A program made the position numbers and the translations under genes. DNA of 64,000 nt, taken from NCBI GenBank assembly GCA_044222185.1, contig JBGANV010000004.1:256001-320000 (forward strand), written 5' to 3'. Positions 9,611-19,775 of this stretch are shown piece by piece. Within the stretch, counting starts at the first letter, position 1, and every line of letters begins with the position of its first letter. A model generated the notes under the pieces. It searched no databases. It was not told where the DNA came from and worked only from the letters and a program-made list of their open reading frames with translations. The DNA comes from Planctomycetota bacterium. Its GTDB lineage: Bacteria; Planctomycetota; GCA-002687715; CAIWVZ01.

Positions 9611-10855
9611 ATGGCTGACCGGATCGATACGCTCGCACTGCCTGAGCCCGCACCCAGTCGTCTCGCCTTGCGCGTGACGCCGGCCGCCGTCCGCACGCTT
9701 CGCGCCGGCCACCCGTGGGTCTTCGCGGACGGCATCAGGGATCAGAGCGACGACGGAAATCCCGGGGATCTGGCCGTGGCCTTCGACACCGATCGAAAAT
9801 TCCTGGCGATCGGCCTCTACGACCCGGACGGCGCCATCCGGTTCCGTGCGCTCCATCACGGCGCGCCTGCGCCCATCGACGAGGCGTTTTTTCGCGCGAA
9901 GGTCGGAGCGGCCATCGACCGCCGCGCCGAGCTGCGTGTGCTGCACACGGGTTATCGGCTCATCCACGGTGAGGACGACGGCTTCCCCGGGTTCGTCGTC
10001 GATCGCTACGACGACGTGCTCGTGGCCAAGCTGTACACGGCCGCATGGGTCCCGCACCTGCGGACGTTGATCGCGCTCATTCGTGAACGCCAGCCGCATC
10101 GCGCGTTCGTGATCCGGTTGAACGAGAGCGTTCGGGAACGGCCGGAGCGCCTTTACGGCATCGCGGACGGCTCGACGGTCTGCGGGCCGGACGTCGCCGG
10201 GCCGTGCCGCTTCACCGAGAACGGGCTCCGCTTCGAGGCCGACGTGGTACGCGGGCAGAAGACGGGTTTCTTCTTCGATCAGCGGGACAATCGGGCGCGC
10301 GTCGGGGCGCTCTCTGCCGGACGCGACGTCCTGAACGTCTGCTCGTACACGGGCGGGTTCTCGCTGTATGCGGCGCGCGGCGGCGCGAGGCGGGTCGTCA
10401 GCGTGGATCTGAGTCGGCCTGCCTCGGAGCAGGCGCGCATCAACTTCGAGCTGAATCAGGGCGTGCCGGCAGTGGCGGCGGCGCACCACGAGATCATCGT
10501 CGGCGATGCGTTCGAGACGATGTCACGGCTGGCTCGCCAGAAGACGACGTTCGGCGTCGTCGTCCTCGACCCGCCGTCGTTCGCGCGAAAATCCGCGGAC
10601 GTGCCCGGGGCGCTGCGCGCCTATGCGCGGCTCGTGCGGTCCGGGCTGGCCGTCCTCGAACCGGGCGGACGGCTCGTCGCAGCCTCGTGTTCGAGCCGGG
10701 TCAGCGCCGAGCAGTTCTTCGAGGTCGTGCGCGCGACCGCGCGAGACGTCCATCGCACGCTCGATGGCGTCGAAACGACGCGGCACGCCGTCGATCACCC
10801 GACGACGTTCGCCGAGGGAGCCTATCTCAAGTGCTTGTTCGCCGTGGCGCGCTGA
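9611..10855 (+). CDS. RlmI-like class I SAM-dependent rRNA methyltransferase (PUA + MTase)
   Basis: GHPWVF, YRLIHGEDDGFPG, GQKTGFFFDQRDNR, SYTGGFS, LDPPSFA and YLKC motifs. Confidence 0.88.
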   Translation: MADRIDTLALPEPAPSRLALRVTPAAVRTLRAGHPWVFADGIRDQSDDGNPGDLAVAFDTDRKFLAIGLYDPDGAIRFRALHHGAPAPIDEAFFRAKVGAAIDRRAELRVLHTGYRLIHGEDDGFPGFVVDRYDDVLVAKLYTAAWVPHLRTLIALIRERQPHRAFVIRLNESVRERPERLYGIADGSTVCGPDVAGPCRFTENGLRFEADVVRGQKTGFFFDQRDNRARVGALSAGRDVLNVCSYTGGFSLYAARGGARRVVSVDLSRPASEQARINFELNQGVPAVAAAHHEIIVGDAFETMSRLARQKTTFGVVVLDPPSFARKSADVPGALRAYARLVRSGLAVLEPGGRLVAASCSSRVSAEQFFEVVRATARDVHRTLDGVETTRHAVDHPTTFAEGAYLKCLFAVAR

Positions 10856-10867
10856 CGTCCGTGTTCG

Positions 10868-11668
10868 TCACTTCTTGCCGCCGAGGATGCTGTTCAGGCC
10901 GTCGCGGATCTTGTCGACGTCCTTTCCTCCGCCGAGCTGTTGGAGCACGCCGAGCGCGCCGCCGGCGATGTTCGACAACCCGCTGACGCGGCTGCCGAGA
11001 TCCTTGGCGAGGTCGGGCGGAAGCAGTCCTCCGCCGGAGGTTGCGACCGACGTCAACAGCGACTGGATCACCACGTTCACGGCATCGGCGATGAGCACGC
11101 CGTCGTTGCTCGCCCCACCGACGTTCGACAGGCGGATCTCGGGGATCTTCACCTCCGGCGATGGCGCAACCCCGGGGATCGGCAGCAACTGGGCGCCGAC
11201 GGTGATGTCCGCGAGCACGAGTTCCTTGATGAGGAGACGCTTGCTCCCGCCCGACGTCTTGTCGCTGGATCCCTGGAAGCGCTTCAGGGCTTCGAGGATC
11301 GGGTCGTAGTTCATCTTCCCTGACTGTTGTTCGAGCTTGAGGCGGATCCCGCGAAGCTCGAGCGTCTTGACGACGATCGGCTGCGAAAAAACCGTGCCCC
11401 CATCCAAGGTCGCGGCCGTCTCGGTGACGGCGACGAAGGGGTCGGTGCCGAAGCCCGGAGGGTTCGCCACGCGGAGGTCCTTGACCGTGATCTTCCCCGC
11501 GGCGAGCCCCACGCTCGTTCCCGCGGCCGTGGTGTTCGTGCCGAGCGCGTACGTTCCGCTCTTCTCCACGGCCGTGTTCGCCAGCCCGTCGAGCGAGAAC
11601 AGGAGGACGACGCCTGCGATGAGGAGCAGGACGACGAGGAAGACGATCCGCCGAATGAATTTGAACAT
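10868..11668 (-). CDS. AsmA/DUF748-like membrane-anchored protein
   Basis: N-terminal anchor helix, LRVANPPGF motif, beta-rich body. Confidence 0.7.
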   Translation of the reverse strand: MFKFIRRIVFLVVLLLIAGVVLLFSLDGLANTAVEKSGTYALGTNTTAAGTSVGLAAGKITVKDLRVANPPGFGTDPFVAVTETAATLDGGTVFSQPIVVKTLELRGIRLKLEQQSGKMNYDPILEALKRFQGSSDKTSGGSKRLLIKELVLADITVGAQLLPIPGVAPSPEVKIPEIRLSNVGGASNDGVLIADAVNVVIQSLLTSVATSGGGLLPPDLAKDLGSRVSGLSNIAGGALGVLQQLGGGKDVDKIRDGLNSILGGKK

Positions 11669-11776
11669 GAGGTGGCTCGCGTCGGTTGGCGCCGTCGAAC
11701 GAAGGTTGGCGAGTATACGACGCGACTCCTCCGGCGGAACGTGCGGGAACCCGGAGGCGTGCTCAGCCGCAGGTGG

Positions 11777-12229
11777 CTACCTGGACAGCGCCGCTGGAAC
11801 CTGCTTGCCGATCAGCTCTCCGACGAGCGTCATCTGATCCGCCAGGAGCGAAAGCATGTCGTCGAGCGTGACGACACCCAGAAGTTTGCCGCTGGCATCG
11901 AGCACCGGCAGTCGGCGACACCCGATCGACCGCATCGTCGAGAGGGCGTACTCGAGGGTCGTCTTCTCGTCCGCGGTGGCGAGGTGGGTCGACATCACCT
12001 CGGACACGAGCGTGACTCCGGTGTCCCGGCCTTCGCCCACGACGCGAAGTGCGAGGTCCCGATCCGTGATGATTCCCACCGGTCGTGATGCCCCATCGAC
12101 GACGACCAGGCTGCCCACCTTGCGCTGGTGCATCCTCCGTGCGACGGCCTGGACGGTTTCGTGCGGGTAGGCGACGTCGACTTCGCGCTGGCAGATGGAT
12201 CCGACGGACATGGCAGCCTCCTTTGACAC
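11777..12229 (-). CDS. CBS domain pair protein
   Basis: VGSLVVVD...PVGIITDRDL and RRLPVLD...LLGVVTLDD. Start may be the later Met (MSVGSIC) after AAGGAGG. Confidence 0.9.
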   Translation of the reverse strand: MSKEAAMSVGSICQREVDVAYPHETVQAVARRMHQRKVGSLVVVDGASRPVGIITDRDLALRVVGEGRDTGVTLVSEVMSTHLATADEKTTLEYALSTMRSIGCRRLPVLDASGKLLGVVTLDDMLSLLADQMTLVGELIGKQVPAALSR

Positions 12230-12405
12230 GGTGGATCATCATCCCGGGGACTTCGGCCAGGAATTCGCTCAAGTGCGGGGTCGCATGTACGCATCGCGGG
12301 GCCAAACGTGGCGCGCGGCGCCGGGCTCGGGGGCCCGCCAACGTGCCTGCGAGCGCGCGTATGATGCGCACCGCTGTCGAGCCGTTGGTTTTTCTGGAGA
12401 TGTCG

Positions 12406-13146
12406 ATGAATCGAATGTTTGGGGGCTGTGTGCCCGTTCTCGTGGTGGTTGTCGTGGGCTTCGCGGGCTTCGTGGGGTGCGCCAGCACTTCGACGGGCGG
12501 AAATTCTGCGCCCGACGCCACGGGCGCCGCCCGCGTCGAGAAGCCTGCGGCCGACGCCGCCGGCGCCAAGCCAGGCAAGCGCGCCGCGCAGGAGCGCGAG
12601 CTGGCCGTGGCACGCGCACGGCTCGCCCGCGCGAAGCAGGATCTCGCCGATCAGGAGACGGACGGTGGGAACAGTCGGGCGCGGATCGCGAAGGAGCTCG
12701 CCATGGCCGAGGCGCGCCTCGAGACCTTCCAGACGCGCGATCGACCCGCGCGGCTCGAACGCTCGCGGCTCGACCTCCAGGGCGCCCGGGACGGCCTCGC
12801 CGACGCCAGGGAGGAGTTGGAGCAACTCGAGCTCATGTACAAGGACAACGACCTCGCCGACAAGACGAAGGAGATCGTCATCCGTCGCTCGAAGCGCGCA
12901 CTCGAGCGGTCCGAGGCGCGCCTCCGCCTCCAACAGCAGGACTCGGAGACGCTCGAGCAGCGCACGCTGCCGCTCGAGCACGACAAGCTGGCGCTGGAGG
13001 TGGAGGAGAAGCGGCGTGAAGTCGAACGCGACGCCCGGGGATCGGAGAAGGCCCTCGCGGAGAAGCGGATCGGAGTCATGTCCGCCGAGTCCGAGGTTGC
13101 GCGCATCGAAGGCGATCTGGTGGCGGCAGACGGGGACAAGAAGTGA
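12406..13146 (+). CDS. Predicted lipoprotein with long coiled coil
   Basis: GGAG RBS, hydrophobic stretch and lipobox FVG-C, then a heptad-rich charged body. Stop overlaps the next start (GTGA). Confidence 0.7.
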   Translation: MNRMFGGCVPVLVVVVVGFAGFVGCASTSTGGNSAPDATGAARVEKPAADAAGAKPGKRAAQERELAVARARLARAKQDLADQETDGGNSRARIAKELAMAEARLETFQTRDRPARLERSRLDLQGARDGLADAREELEQLELMYKDNDLADKTKEIVIRRSKRALERSEARLRLQQQDSETLEQRTLPLEHDKLALEVEEKRREVERDARGSEKALAEKRIGVMSAESEVARIEGDLVAADGDKK

Positions 13147-14282
13147 CGCCGTCCATCGTGATCGCGGCGGTCCTTGCGTTTCAGGATCCGGCCGTGCCCC
13201 AGTCGCGGCCGCAGGAGCCGACACCGGCCGAGGTTCGTCAATCCATCGACAAGGGCCTGACCTTCCTCGTCGCCGAACAGAACAAGGACGGGTCGTGGGG
13301 TGGTAATCGCAACAAGACCTTCACGGACTCGTTCGCGAACCGCGCGACGATGGATGCGTGGGTCGTGGGGACGACGGGCCTCGCCGTTGCGGCACTCCTC
13401 CAGTGCGGCGTGCAGCCGGATGCGCGCGCTGCGGCCGAACGCGGCGTCGATTTCCTCATCGCCAACGCCGACGTGAAGCGCCCGGATTTCTGGGACAACG
13501 ACAACGTCTGGGGATCGATCTACGGGTTGTTTGGGCTTGCCCGAGCCCTCGGCGTCTCGACGAATGCGTCGCCGGAACGCGTTCTCGCCATCCGCAATGC
13601 GTGTCGCACGTGCGTCGACGGCCTCGCGAGGCACCAGTCGCCGAACGGTGGCTGGGGCTACTACGCGGACTCGGGGTCCGCGTGGCGGCCCGAGTGGGCC
13701 ACGTCATTCACGACCGCGGCCGGCGCGCTCGCGCTCGGCGATGCCCGCCGCGCTGGCGTCGAGGTTCTTCCGCGGATTCTCGATCCCGCGGTGCGTGCCG
13801 TGGGTCGGGCCCGCCTGCCGTCAGGTGCCTTCACCTACGACGTGAGCGCGATCCCCTACGTGCGCGGCGGCGAGAACATCAACGAGGTCAAGGGCTCGCT
13901 CGGGCGGATGCAGATCGGCAACTATCTGCTCCACACGCTCGGCGGGGGAGTCGCCGAGGCGGAGCGCGTTCGAGCGCTCGAGCAGTTCAGCCAGAACCAC
14001 CGGTTCCTCGACGCGGCGCTCCGCAAGCCGATTCCTCACGAGGCGTACTACCAGAACGCCGCGTACTTCTATCTCTTCGGTCACTACTACGCGGCCCGGC
14101 TTGCCACGACGCTTCCGTTCGACGCGCAGAAACCGTTCTGGCCGGTGATCCGCCGCGAGGTCATGAAGACGCAGGAACGCGACGGCGGCATGTGGGACTT
14201 CTACATCTCGGCGTGCACCAAGCCGTACGGGACGGCCTTCGGCGTCATGGCGCTGCAGCTGTCGCTTGGCACCGCTCCCTGA
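13143..14282 (+). CDS. Secreted prenyltransferase/squalene-oxidase repeat (terpene cyclase/mutase-like alpha/alpha barrel) protein
   Basis: QW-like repeats GLTFLVAEQNKDGSWG, LARHQSPNGGWGY and QERDGGMWD, with an N-terminal signal sequence. Confidence 0.8.
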   Translation: MTPSIVIAAVLAFQDPAVPQSRPQEPTPAEVRQSIDKGLTFLVAEQNKDGSWGGNRNKTFTDSFANRATMDAWVVGTTGLAVAALLQCGVQPDARAAAERGVDFLIANADVKRPDFWDNDNVWGSIYGLFGLARALGVSTNASPERVLAIRNACRTCVDGLARHQSPNGGWGYYADSGSAWRPEWATSFTTAAGALALGDARRAGVEVLPRILDPAVRAVGRARLPSGAFTYDVSAIPYVRGGENINEVKGSLGRMQIGNYLLHTLGGGVAEAERVRALEQFSQNHRFLDAALRKPIPHEAYYQNAAYFYLFGHYYAARLATTLPFDAQKPFWPVIRREVMKTQERDGGMWDFYISACTKPYGTAFGVMALQLSLGTAP

Positions 14283-14489
14283 GCGACTCATCCGGAGCGC
14301 CACGCCCGGTCGGCACTTCTTCCCGCGGATGTGACACGACTGTTTCGCGCACGCGCGCGCCGCCACGGCGCGCGCGATTGTCTGGAACTTCGCATCCCCA
14401 ATTCTGTAGGTTGCCCCTCCACCCATCCCCGGCCCAGTGTGACGCGCAATGGTGGTGCGTCACGATTTGTTGAAGGTGAGGTTCAACCC

Positions 14490-15785
14490 ATGACCATGAG
14501 AAGCGTGTGTGTCTTTGCGTTTTGTGCGGCGTTCGCAGCGAGCGCATGGACGCAAAACACCAACAACGAGAACGACCTCGAGCTGCAGAACGGCACGGAC
14601 ATCATCTACTACCTGAACGCGCCGAGCGTCGGTTCACCGCAGGGAACGAACCCGCCGAGTTTCGTCGGCGATTTCTACTGGAAGGTGTTCCCGAAGGAAG
14701 TGATGAGCATCGGCAGCGCCGCGCAGACCGCGCCCGCGAGCCCCGCGAATGCCGCTGGGACCATGGAAGTCTCAGGCCAGGCGTTCGAGATCTACGACAG
14801 TGACTGGACGACGCCCGCGATCCTGTACGACCAGATGATCACCCGCGGCATCACGAGCACGGCCGCGGGCTCGCAGGGCAACATCCAGCCTGACTTCACG
14901 GATCCGAACGCGGTCGTCATCTTCCTGAACGGCCCGGGGCCCGGCGGGCCCGGCACGGGCAACTCCGGTCTGCCGGCTCCTCCGGGCGGCTGCCCGCCAG
15001 GCGGCGGACTGAACGGCTACATCATCGACGTCCAGTTCGGCACGGGCGTCGGCGACGGCATCATCGTCACGGCTGACGGCCAGACGGACCTCGTCCTCAC
15101 GTCGTTCTTCCCCGGTGGGATGAGCCTCGTCGGCGGCGCCTGCGCTGGCGGCGATTTCAGCTTCGAGAACGCGCAGAGCAGCAATGCGCAGAGCGGCTAC
15201 CCCGAGCAGCAGGCCGACTGGCTTCTCTCGGGAAACAGCGCCTACAGCGGCTATCACCCGGCCGGTTTCGGGAACATCCCTGACGTCCGTCAGGAGACTC
15301 CGCGCCAGACGCTTCAGTTCTTCGAGTCGACCCTCACGGGGCGCGTGAACGTCGGCAATGGCAACGCGGCGAATCCGGAGACGGGGTTGGCGGCGCTGAA
15401 CGTCTCGACGGCGTCGGGGCTCGTGCAATACGGCTTCCGCGTCTACTCGCGACAGAGCGTCGGCAACTTCGCGATCGTCGCGTTCGGCGCCTACAACCCG
15501 GGCACGAATCCGCTGGCGCCTCCGGGACTCCAGCCCGTGTTCGGGTTCCCGCTGATGCTCGATCCCCAGGACCCGCTGTTCACGTTCTCGCTGAACCTTC
15601 CGGGGTTCGCCGGTGCCGTAGGCCTCGTCGGGACCGGCCAGACCGCGAACGGGATCTTCGACACCACACTGGTGCCGATCCCCGCGTTCCCGGCCTCGAT
15701 CCAGATCGTCGCGCAGGCGGCGATCATCGGTGCCGGCGGAAGCGTGACGCTCACGAACACGTTCGTGTCGTCGTTCCGTCCCTGA
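14490..15785 (+). CDS. Secreted hypothetical protein with conserved C-terminal module
   Basis: Signal peptide MTMRSVCVFAFCAAFAASAWT-Q, Gly/Asn/Thr-rich, AGGTGAGG upstream. Ends ...LMLDP...IPAFPASIQIVAQAAIIGAGGSVTLTNTFVSSFRP. Confidence 0.8.
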   Translation: MTMRSVCVFAFCAAFAASAWTQNTNNENDLELQNGTDIIYYLNAPSVGSPQGTNPPSFVGDFYWKVFPKEVMSIGSAAQTAPASPANAAGTMEVSGQAFEIYDSDWTTPAILYDQMITRGITSTAAGSQGNIQPDFTDPNAVVIFLNGPGPGGPGTGNSGLPAPPGGCPPGGGLNGYIIDVQFGTGVGDGIIVTADGQTDLVLTSFFPGGMSLVGGACAGGDFSFENAQSSNAQSGYPEQQADWLLSGNSAYSGYHPAGFGNIPDVRQETPRQTLQFFESTLTGRVNVGNGNAANPETGLAALNVSTASGLVQYGFRVYSRQSVGNFAIVAFGAYNPGTNPLAPPGLQPVFGFPLMLDPQDPLFTFSLNLPGFAGAVGLVGTGQTANGIFDTTLVPIPAFPASIQIVAQAAIIGAGGSVTLTNTFVSSFRP

Positions 15786-15836
15786 TGGTTCCGGTTCGAG
15801 CGACCACGCGTCCAGAGTGATTGAAGCGAGACGACC

Positions 15837-16316
15837 ATGTTGAAAGTCGTAGTGATTGCAGGTGTCCTGGGCTTGACCGGCGCGAGCTGGTGGCTCATCG
15901 ACCGTTCGTCGCCGGCCGGTTCGCGGCCGTCGGCGGAACTTCCAGTGGCGCTGGCCGCGGCGCCGGATCGTGATGCTGGCGTGCGCCAGGCGAGCGCCGT
16001 TCGCACCGACGCGTCGCTCGACGGCGCGGCGTCCAAACCTGGTGCGCCCGTGGCACCACCGGCGTCCCGACCCGGCGAACCGGTCTACACGAAAACGGAG
16101 TACGGTGAGCCAATGACGATCATGCCGGACGGCACGGTCATCATCCGGCGCAACGTCTCCGTCGTGCAGATGGCGGACGGGACGCGAAGGGAAATCCCTG
16201 CGACGATCACGGCGCGGCCCGTTTCAAAACCGCTCACCGCCGTTCAGCGCGGGTCCGGTGCTTCGCTCGGCGGAGCTCGGACCCCACCTGCTGCGACTCC
16301 CCCCAAGCGCCCTTGA
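15837..16316 (+). CDS. Hypothetical protein with N-terminal membrane anchor and Pro/Ala-rich linker
   Basis: ORF fills the intergenic space and has the hydrophobic N-terminus MLKVVVIAGVLGLTGASWWLI. Confidence 0.6.
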   Translation: MLKVVVIAGVLGLTGASWWLIDRSSPAGSRPSAELPVALAAAPDRDAGVRQASAVRTDASLDGAASKPGAPVAPPASRPGEPVYTKTEYGEPMTIMPDGTVIIRRNVSVVQMADGTRREIPATITARPVSKPLTAVQRGSGASLGGARTPPAATPPKRP

Positions 16317-16324
16317 TCCGGAGC

Positions 16325-16445
16325 GCCAAGCTCCAGCTTGGCCGGACCGCGAGGCCTCCCGGCCTCGCGCGAACGCGGACGCGCATCCCTGCCGCGGTGG
16401 CGTCACGCGAAGGAACCGCCGTCTCCAGCCGCGCTCGAGCGCGGC
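16325..16445. repeat. Cluster of three palindromes/hairpins (REP-like) between convergent genes
   Basis: GCCAAGC-TCCA-GCTTGGC (16325-16342), CGCGAGGCC-TCCC-GGCCTCGCG (16348-16369) and the perfect 18-bp palindrome GCCGCGCTCGAGCGCGGC (16428-16445). Confidence 0.65.
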
Positions 16446-16539
16446 GTTGCGGGCGCGGCGAAGCGTCCGTCATGTGGCGGAGTGGCTCGCGGGCGCGGTG
16501 CGAGTCACACGGAGACCGTGGGACTCGCGAACACGAAGC

Positions 16540-17892
16540 TCACGGAAACAGGGTCGTGTTGCTGAGGTAGACCAACCCGTTCGGCGAGTTGGGATTCACC
16601 TCGATGAACTGCGTCGCGGAAACCGCGATCGGCAACGGCGGGAAGGTCAGCGAGAGCTGATAGTGCCCGGACGCCGGGAACACGGCGAAGGGGTTCGGTG
16701 TGCCGAACAGACCGATGCCGTCCAGGATCGGGATGTAGCTCGGCGCGAACGGGTCGAGCTCGACGATGCCGTATCCGGGGAAGAACGCAGGCGGCGTCTG
16801 CCCCGGAATGGCGCCGATCTTCACTCCGAGGAGGAACGCATCTCCGCCGACCCCATGGAGGTCCCACGTCCCCATGCCGTTCGCATACTGGAACGCGAGG
16901 CTTCCCGGGACGGTGGTGGCTGGGAGCTGCCGGATTCGCCGAAGTAGGCCGAACGTGCCCGGGACGATCCCGTTCATCGTGGAGTACCAGTAGCCGTCCT
17001 GGCGCAATCCCGTGGCGATGGCCTGCATCCCCAAATCCTGGAACGTGTAGTTCTCCGACGCGAACAGCTGCTGGTTGCCGCCCGTCAGGGTCGCCGACGT
17101 CGCGGTTCCGACTCCGCAGAGGCAGACGGTCGTGAGGTCATGGACGCCGATCAGCGCACCGGACCCCAGGCTGTTGAATGACGATCGCGCCAGCGAATTG
17201 ACGGCGATGATCTGGTTCGGCAGCGCGGGGGGGTGGAGATAGAACGGAGCCGGAACGTTCGCCGGCGAAGTCCATCTCCGCACTTCGAGTCCATCTCCGA
17301 TGAGCACGGCACCGTCGATCATGGACTGCAGGATCCGGTTCTGGCCGAAGCCTGGGCCCTGGTAGGTGACCATGGTCGGCGGAACGGCGAGCGGGTTGTA
17401 GAGATAGAGCCCGGGCGACTGCAGTCCCGCCGACGCGCCGAAGTAGTACTTGCCTGCATTGTCGATCGTGAGTCCGCGCGAGATGAGCGGAACGGTGAAC
17501 GCGAGCGTTCGACCTCCCGCCGGCTCGATGCGCCAAACGCGCGTCAGGACGACGGTGAGCAGCGGGCTGTAGTCCGTCGTGTAGACGAACCCGTCCTGGG
17601 GGTTGTAGGCGAGCTGCCCGATGACGCCGAAGCCCGTCGCGTGGTTCGGGTTCACGGTTCCGTCGGGCCGGACCTGAACGACCGTCGGGCCGGTGACCGT
17701 CGCCGGAATCGGCGAGTTGACCAGGTAGACGTTGCCGAAGCGATCGACGGCCATGCTGTCACCTGTCGCCGGAATGCCGGCGGCGAGGATCTGCACGTCG
17801 AAGTGCGGCGGGTTGACGACGAGTTGCGCAGGCGATGCGCCGGCGATGGCGACGCAGGCCGCCAATGCGAGGATCGAGTAGTTCCGCGACAT
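16540..17892 (-). CDS. Secreted beta-propeller-like (SMP-30/NHL-like) protein with conserved C-terminal module
   Basis: Signal peptide MSRNYSILALAACVAIAGASPA-Q. Blade motifs MAVDRFGNVYL, LAYNPQDGFVY and LTIDNAGKYY. Ends ...GLVYLSNTTLFP. Confidence 0.8.
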   Translation of the reverse strand: MSRNYSILALAACVAIAGASPAQLVVNPPHFDVQILAAGIPATGDSMAVDRFGNVYLVNSPIPATVTGPTVVQVRPDGTVNPNHATGFGVIGQLAYNPQDGFVYTTDYSPLLTVVLTRVWRIEPAGGRTLAFTVPLISRGLTIDNAGKYYFGASAGLQSPGLYLYNPLAVPPTMVTYQGPGFGQNRILQSMIDGAVLIGDGLEVRRWTSPANVPAPFYLHPPALPNQIIAVNSLARSSFNSLGSGALIGVHDLTTVCLCGVGTATSATLTGGNQQLFASENYTFQDLGMQAIATGLRQDGYWYSTMNGIVPGTFGLLRRIRQLPATTVPGSLAFQYANGMGTWDLHGVGGDAFLLGVKIGAIPGQTPPAFFPGYGIVELDPFAPSYIPILDGIGLFGTPNPFAVFPASGHYQLSLTFPPLPIAVSATQFIEVNPNSPNGLVYLSNTTLFP

Positions 17893-18040
17893 GATCAGAC
17901 TCCCGGAGAGCCAAGGATCGGGGGATGGGCGCCAGGGATGGCGCACATCATACGGTCCTCGCCCCATCGTCGGCGATCCGCAATCCGACGGAGCCCGGGA
18001 GCGGCGTTGCGCCCTCAGTGGGGTCGCAACGCCGGATCGC

Positions 18041-19441
18041 TCAGACGTAAACGAAGAGGCCGGTGAGGTTCGTGAACTGCGCGCCGCCGGTGTCGATCGT
18101 CAGCGCCTGGATGAAGAGCGACAACCCGCCGACCGCCGGCGGGATCGTGAGGGGGATCGAACCCGGGCCACTCACCGTGAACAGGATCGGCGATCCCGTG
18201 ATGGGGTCGAGGAAGAGGGCCACGGGGTCCAGGAGGAGGGAGCCGGAGATCCCACCGAACGGAATGCCCGGATTGATCGACAGCCCGGACGCCGCGATCG
18301 CCGTGCTCGATCCGAACGGAGCGACGGTCGCGATGTTGAACGTGGCGTTGCTGGCGGTCTGGCCCGTGGTGTTGATGCTCGCAAACGGAGTCGACTGGGC
18401 GTCCCAGGGCGACGTACCGAGGAGGATCTCGGCGTTGTTCGGCGTGCCGTCGCCGTCGGCGTCCCCGAGCGGATCCACGATGAGCGCGTAGTCGTGCCGC
18501 GTCGAAATGGGGGACTGCGTGCCCAGGCCGACCGGCGTGACCATCTCGAGCGTGTTGGTGTTGATGTCCCAACGCCGCATCTCGGAGAGCGCGGGGGACG
18601 CCAGCCGCGTCGTCGACCACAGCCGGCCGAAGGAGTCGAAGTTCAAGCCGAGGCAGCTTGGCGCGTTGTTGATCGTTCCCGTCACGACGCCCGCGGTCGT
18701 CATGCGCGCGATCAGTCCGCTCCCGAAGCTCCCGATGAAGAGGTCGGTGCTGATGGGATCCTGCGCCATCGCCGAGATGCTCGTCAGCGTCGATGAGTAC
18801 GTGTTGAGCTGCGTGCCCGTCACGTCGAACTCCGCGACGAGGCCGCTGCTGTCACCGATGACCCAGATGTGGCTCGACACGCCGACGCCGCGGTAATCGG
18901 CGAGGACGACCACCGGCTGCATGGCCGTCGCGTTCACGTTGAACGGCGGGCTGACGACGCCGAGTGTGTCGATCTTCGTGAGCTTGCCCGGGCTCACCCG
19001 GTGGGCAATCCACTTGTTGCCGTCCATGTCGATGCTGATGCCGAGCGGCGCCGCTGCGCCGAGCACGTAGGAATTCACGAGCACGCCGTTGGCGTCGTAC
19101 TCGTGCGCCTGCGTGCCGCCCGTGACCCACGCGTGCCCGAACTTGTCGAAGGCCACGTCGTAGGCGCTTCCTGAGGGGTTCAGCACCGTCGTGAACAACG
19201 TGCCGTCGGCGTTGTAGATGTCGAAACTCGTCTGGATGAAGCGGATGACCCAGAGCTTGCCGTCCGGCGCCTGCACCATTCGGCGGAGAGACGTCGCGGT
19301 CGACACGGTCTGCGCCGAGAGTCCCCACGGCTGGAGGCGGGACAACGTGTTCGAGTTCCGGTTTGCGACCCAAAGCGTGTCCTGAGCCGAAACCTGGGAG
19401 GCAAGACACAGAACGAAGAGACTCGCGAGCGTGATGCGCAT
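18041..19441 (-). CDS. Secreted Vgb/NHL-like beta-propeller protein with Ca-binding DxDGDG loop and conserved C-terminal module
   Basis: Signal peptide ending VSA-Q. Blades APDGKLWV, AFDKFGHAWV, IDMDGNKWI and FDSFGRLW, then DADGDGTPNNAEILLGTSP. Ends ...FIQALTIDTGGAQFTNLTGLFVYV. Confidence 0.82.
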   Translation of the reverse strand: MRITLASLFVLCLASQVSAQDTLWVANRNSNTLSRLQPWGLSAQTVSTATSLRRMVQAPDGKLWVIRFIQTSFDIYNADGTLFTTVLNPSGSAYDVAFDKFGHAWVTGGTQAHEYDANGVLVNSYVLGAAAPLGISIDMDGNKWIAHRVSPGKLTKIDTLGVVSPPFNVNATAMQPVVVLADYRGVGVSSHIWVIGDSSGLVAEFDVTGTQLNTYSSTLTSISAMAQDPISTDLFIGSFGSGLIARMTTAGVVTGTINNAPSCLGLNFDSFGRLWSTTRLASPALSEMRRWDINTNTLEMVTPVGLGTQSPISTRHDYALIVDPLGDADGDGTPNNAEILLGTSPWDAQSTPFASINTTGQTASNATFNIATVAPFGSSTAIAASGLSINPGIPFGGISGSLLLDPVALFLDPITGSPILFTVSGPGSIPLTIPPAVGGLSLFIQALTIDTGGAQFTNLTGLFVYV

Positions 19442-19634
19442 GGTTGGACTTCCTTCGGTCGGGTGACTCGTCACGAACTTCGGTCGAATACCGAGGGCGG
19501 GATCGTACCCCGCAAGTCCGACCGAATGCGACGCCGATTCGTGACGCCGAAACCTCTCTCACGGGCCGGCATCGGACCCGGACGTGAGATCCCCCGCTGC
19601 CGTGCACCCCCGGGGCTTCGGGTTCGGAGTGCGC

Positions 19635-19643
19635 TGCTACAAT
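19635..19643 (+). promoter_or_regulatory. Candidate extended -10 promoter (TGnTACAAT) for the sqs-shc-hpnG operon
   Basis: TGCTACAAT in the divergent intergenic region ~130 nt upstream of the squalene synthase start. An AT-rich hexamer is uncommon in this GC-rich background. Confidence 0.35.
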
Positions 19644-19775
19644 CCGCCCCTCGTTTCGCCGACCGTCCGTGCGAATGTGAGTGCGCACGCCGGCGCCCGA
19701 TGGAACCCCAAGCCAGAGAGGATGTTGCGGTCCTCCCACCGGCGCGGGCGGGCGTTTCGATCAACCGACGCCAGC

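Noticed and set aside
13143-14282. Second squalene-hopene cyclase
   Set aside because: Only ~380 aa, single barrel, has a signal sequence and lacks the DXDD protonation motif.
14352-14376. CGCGCGCGCCG-CCA-CGGCGCGCGCG hairpin upstream of the 14490 gene
   Set aside because: CG-dinucleotide run with no U-tract; cannot be supported as a terminator or riboswitch.
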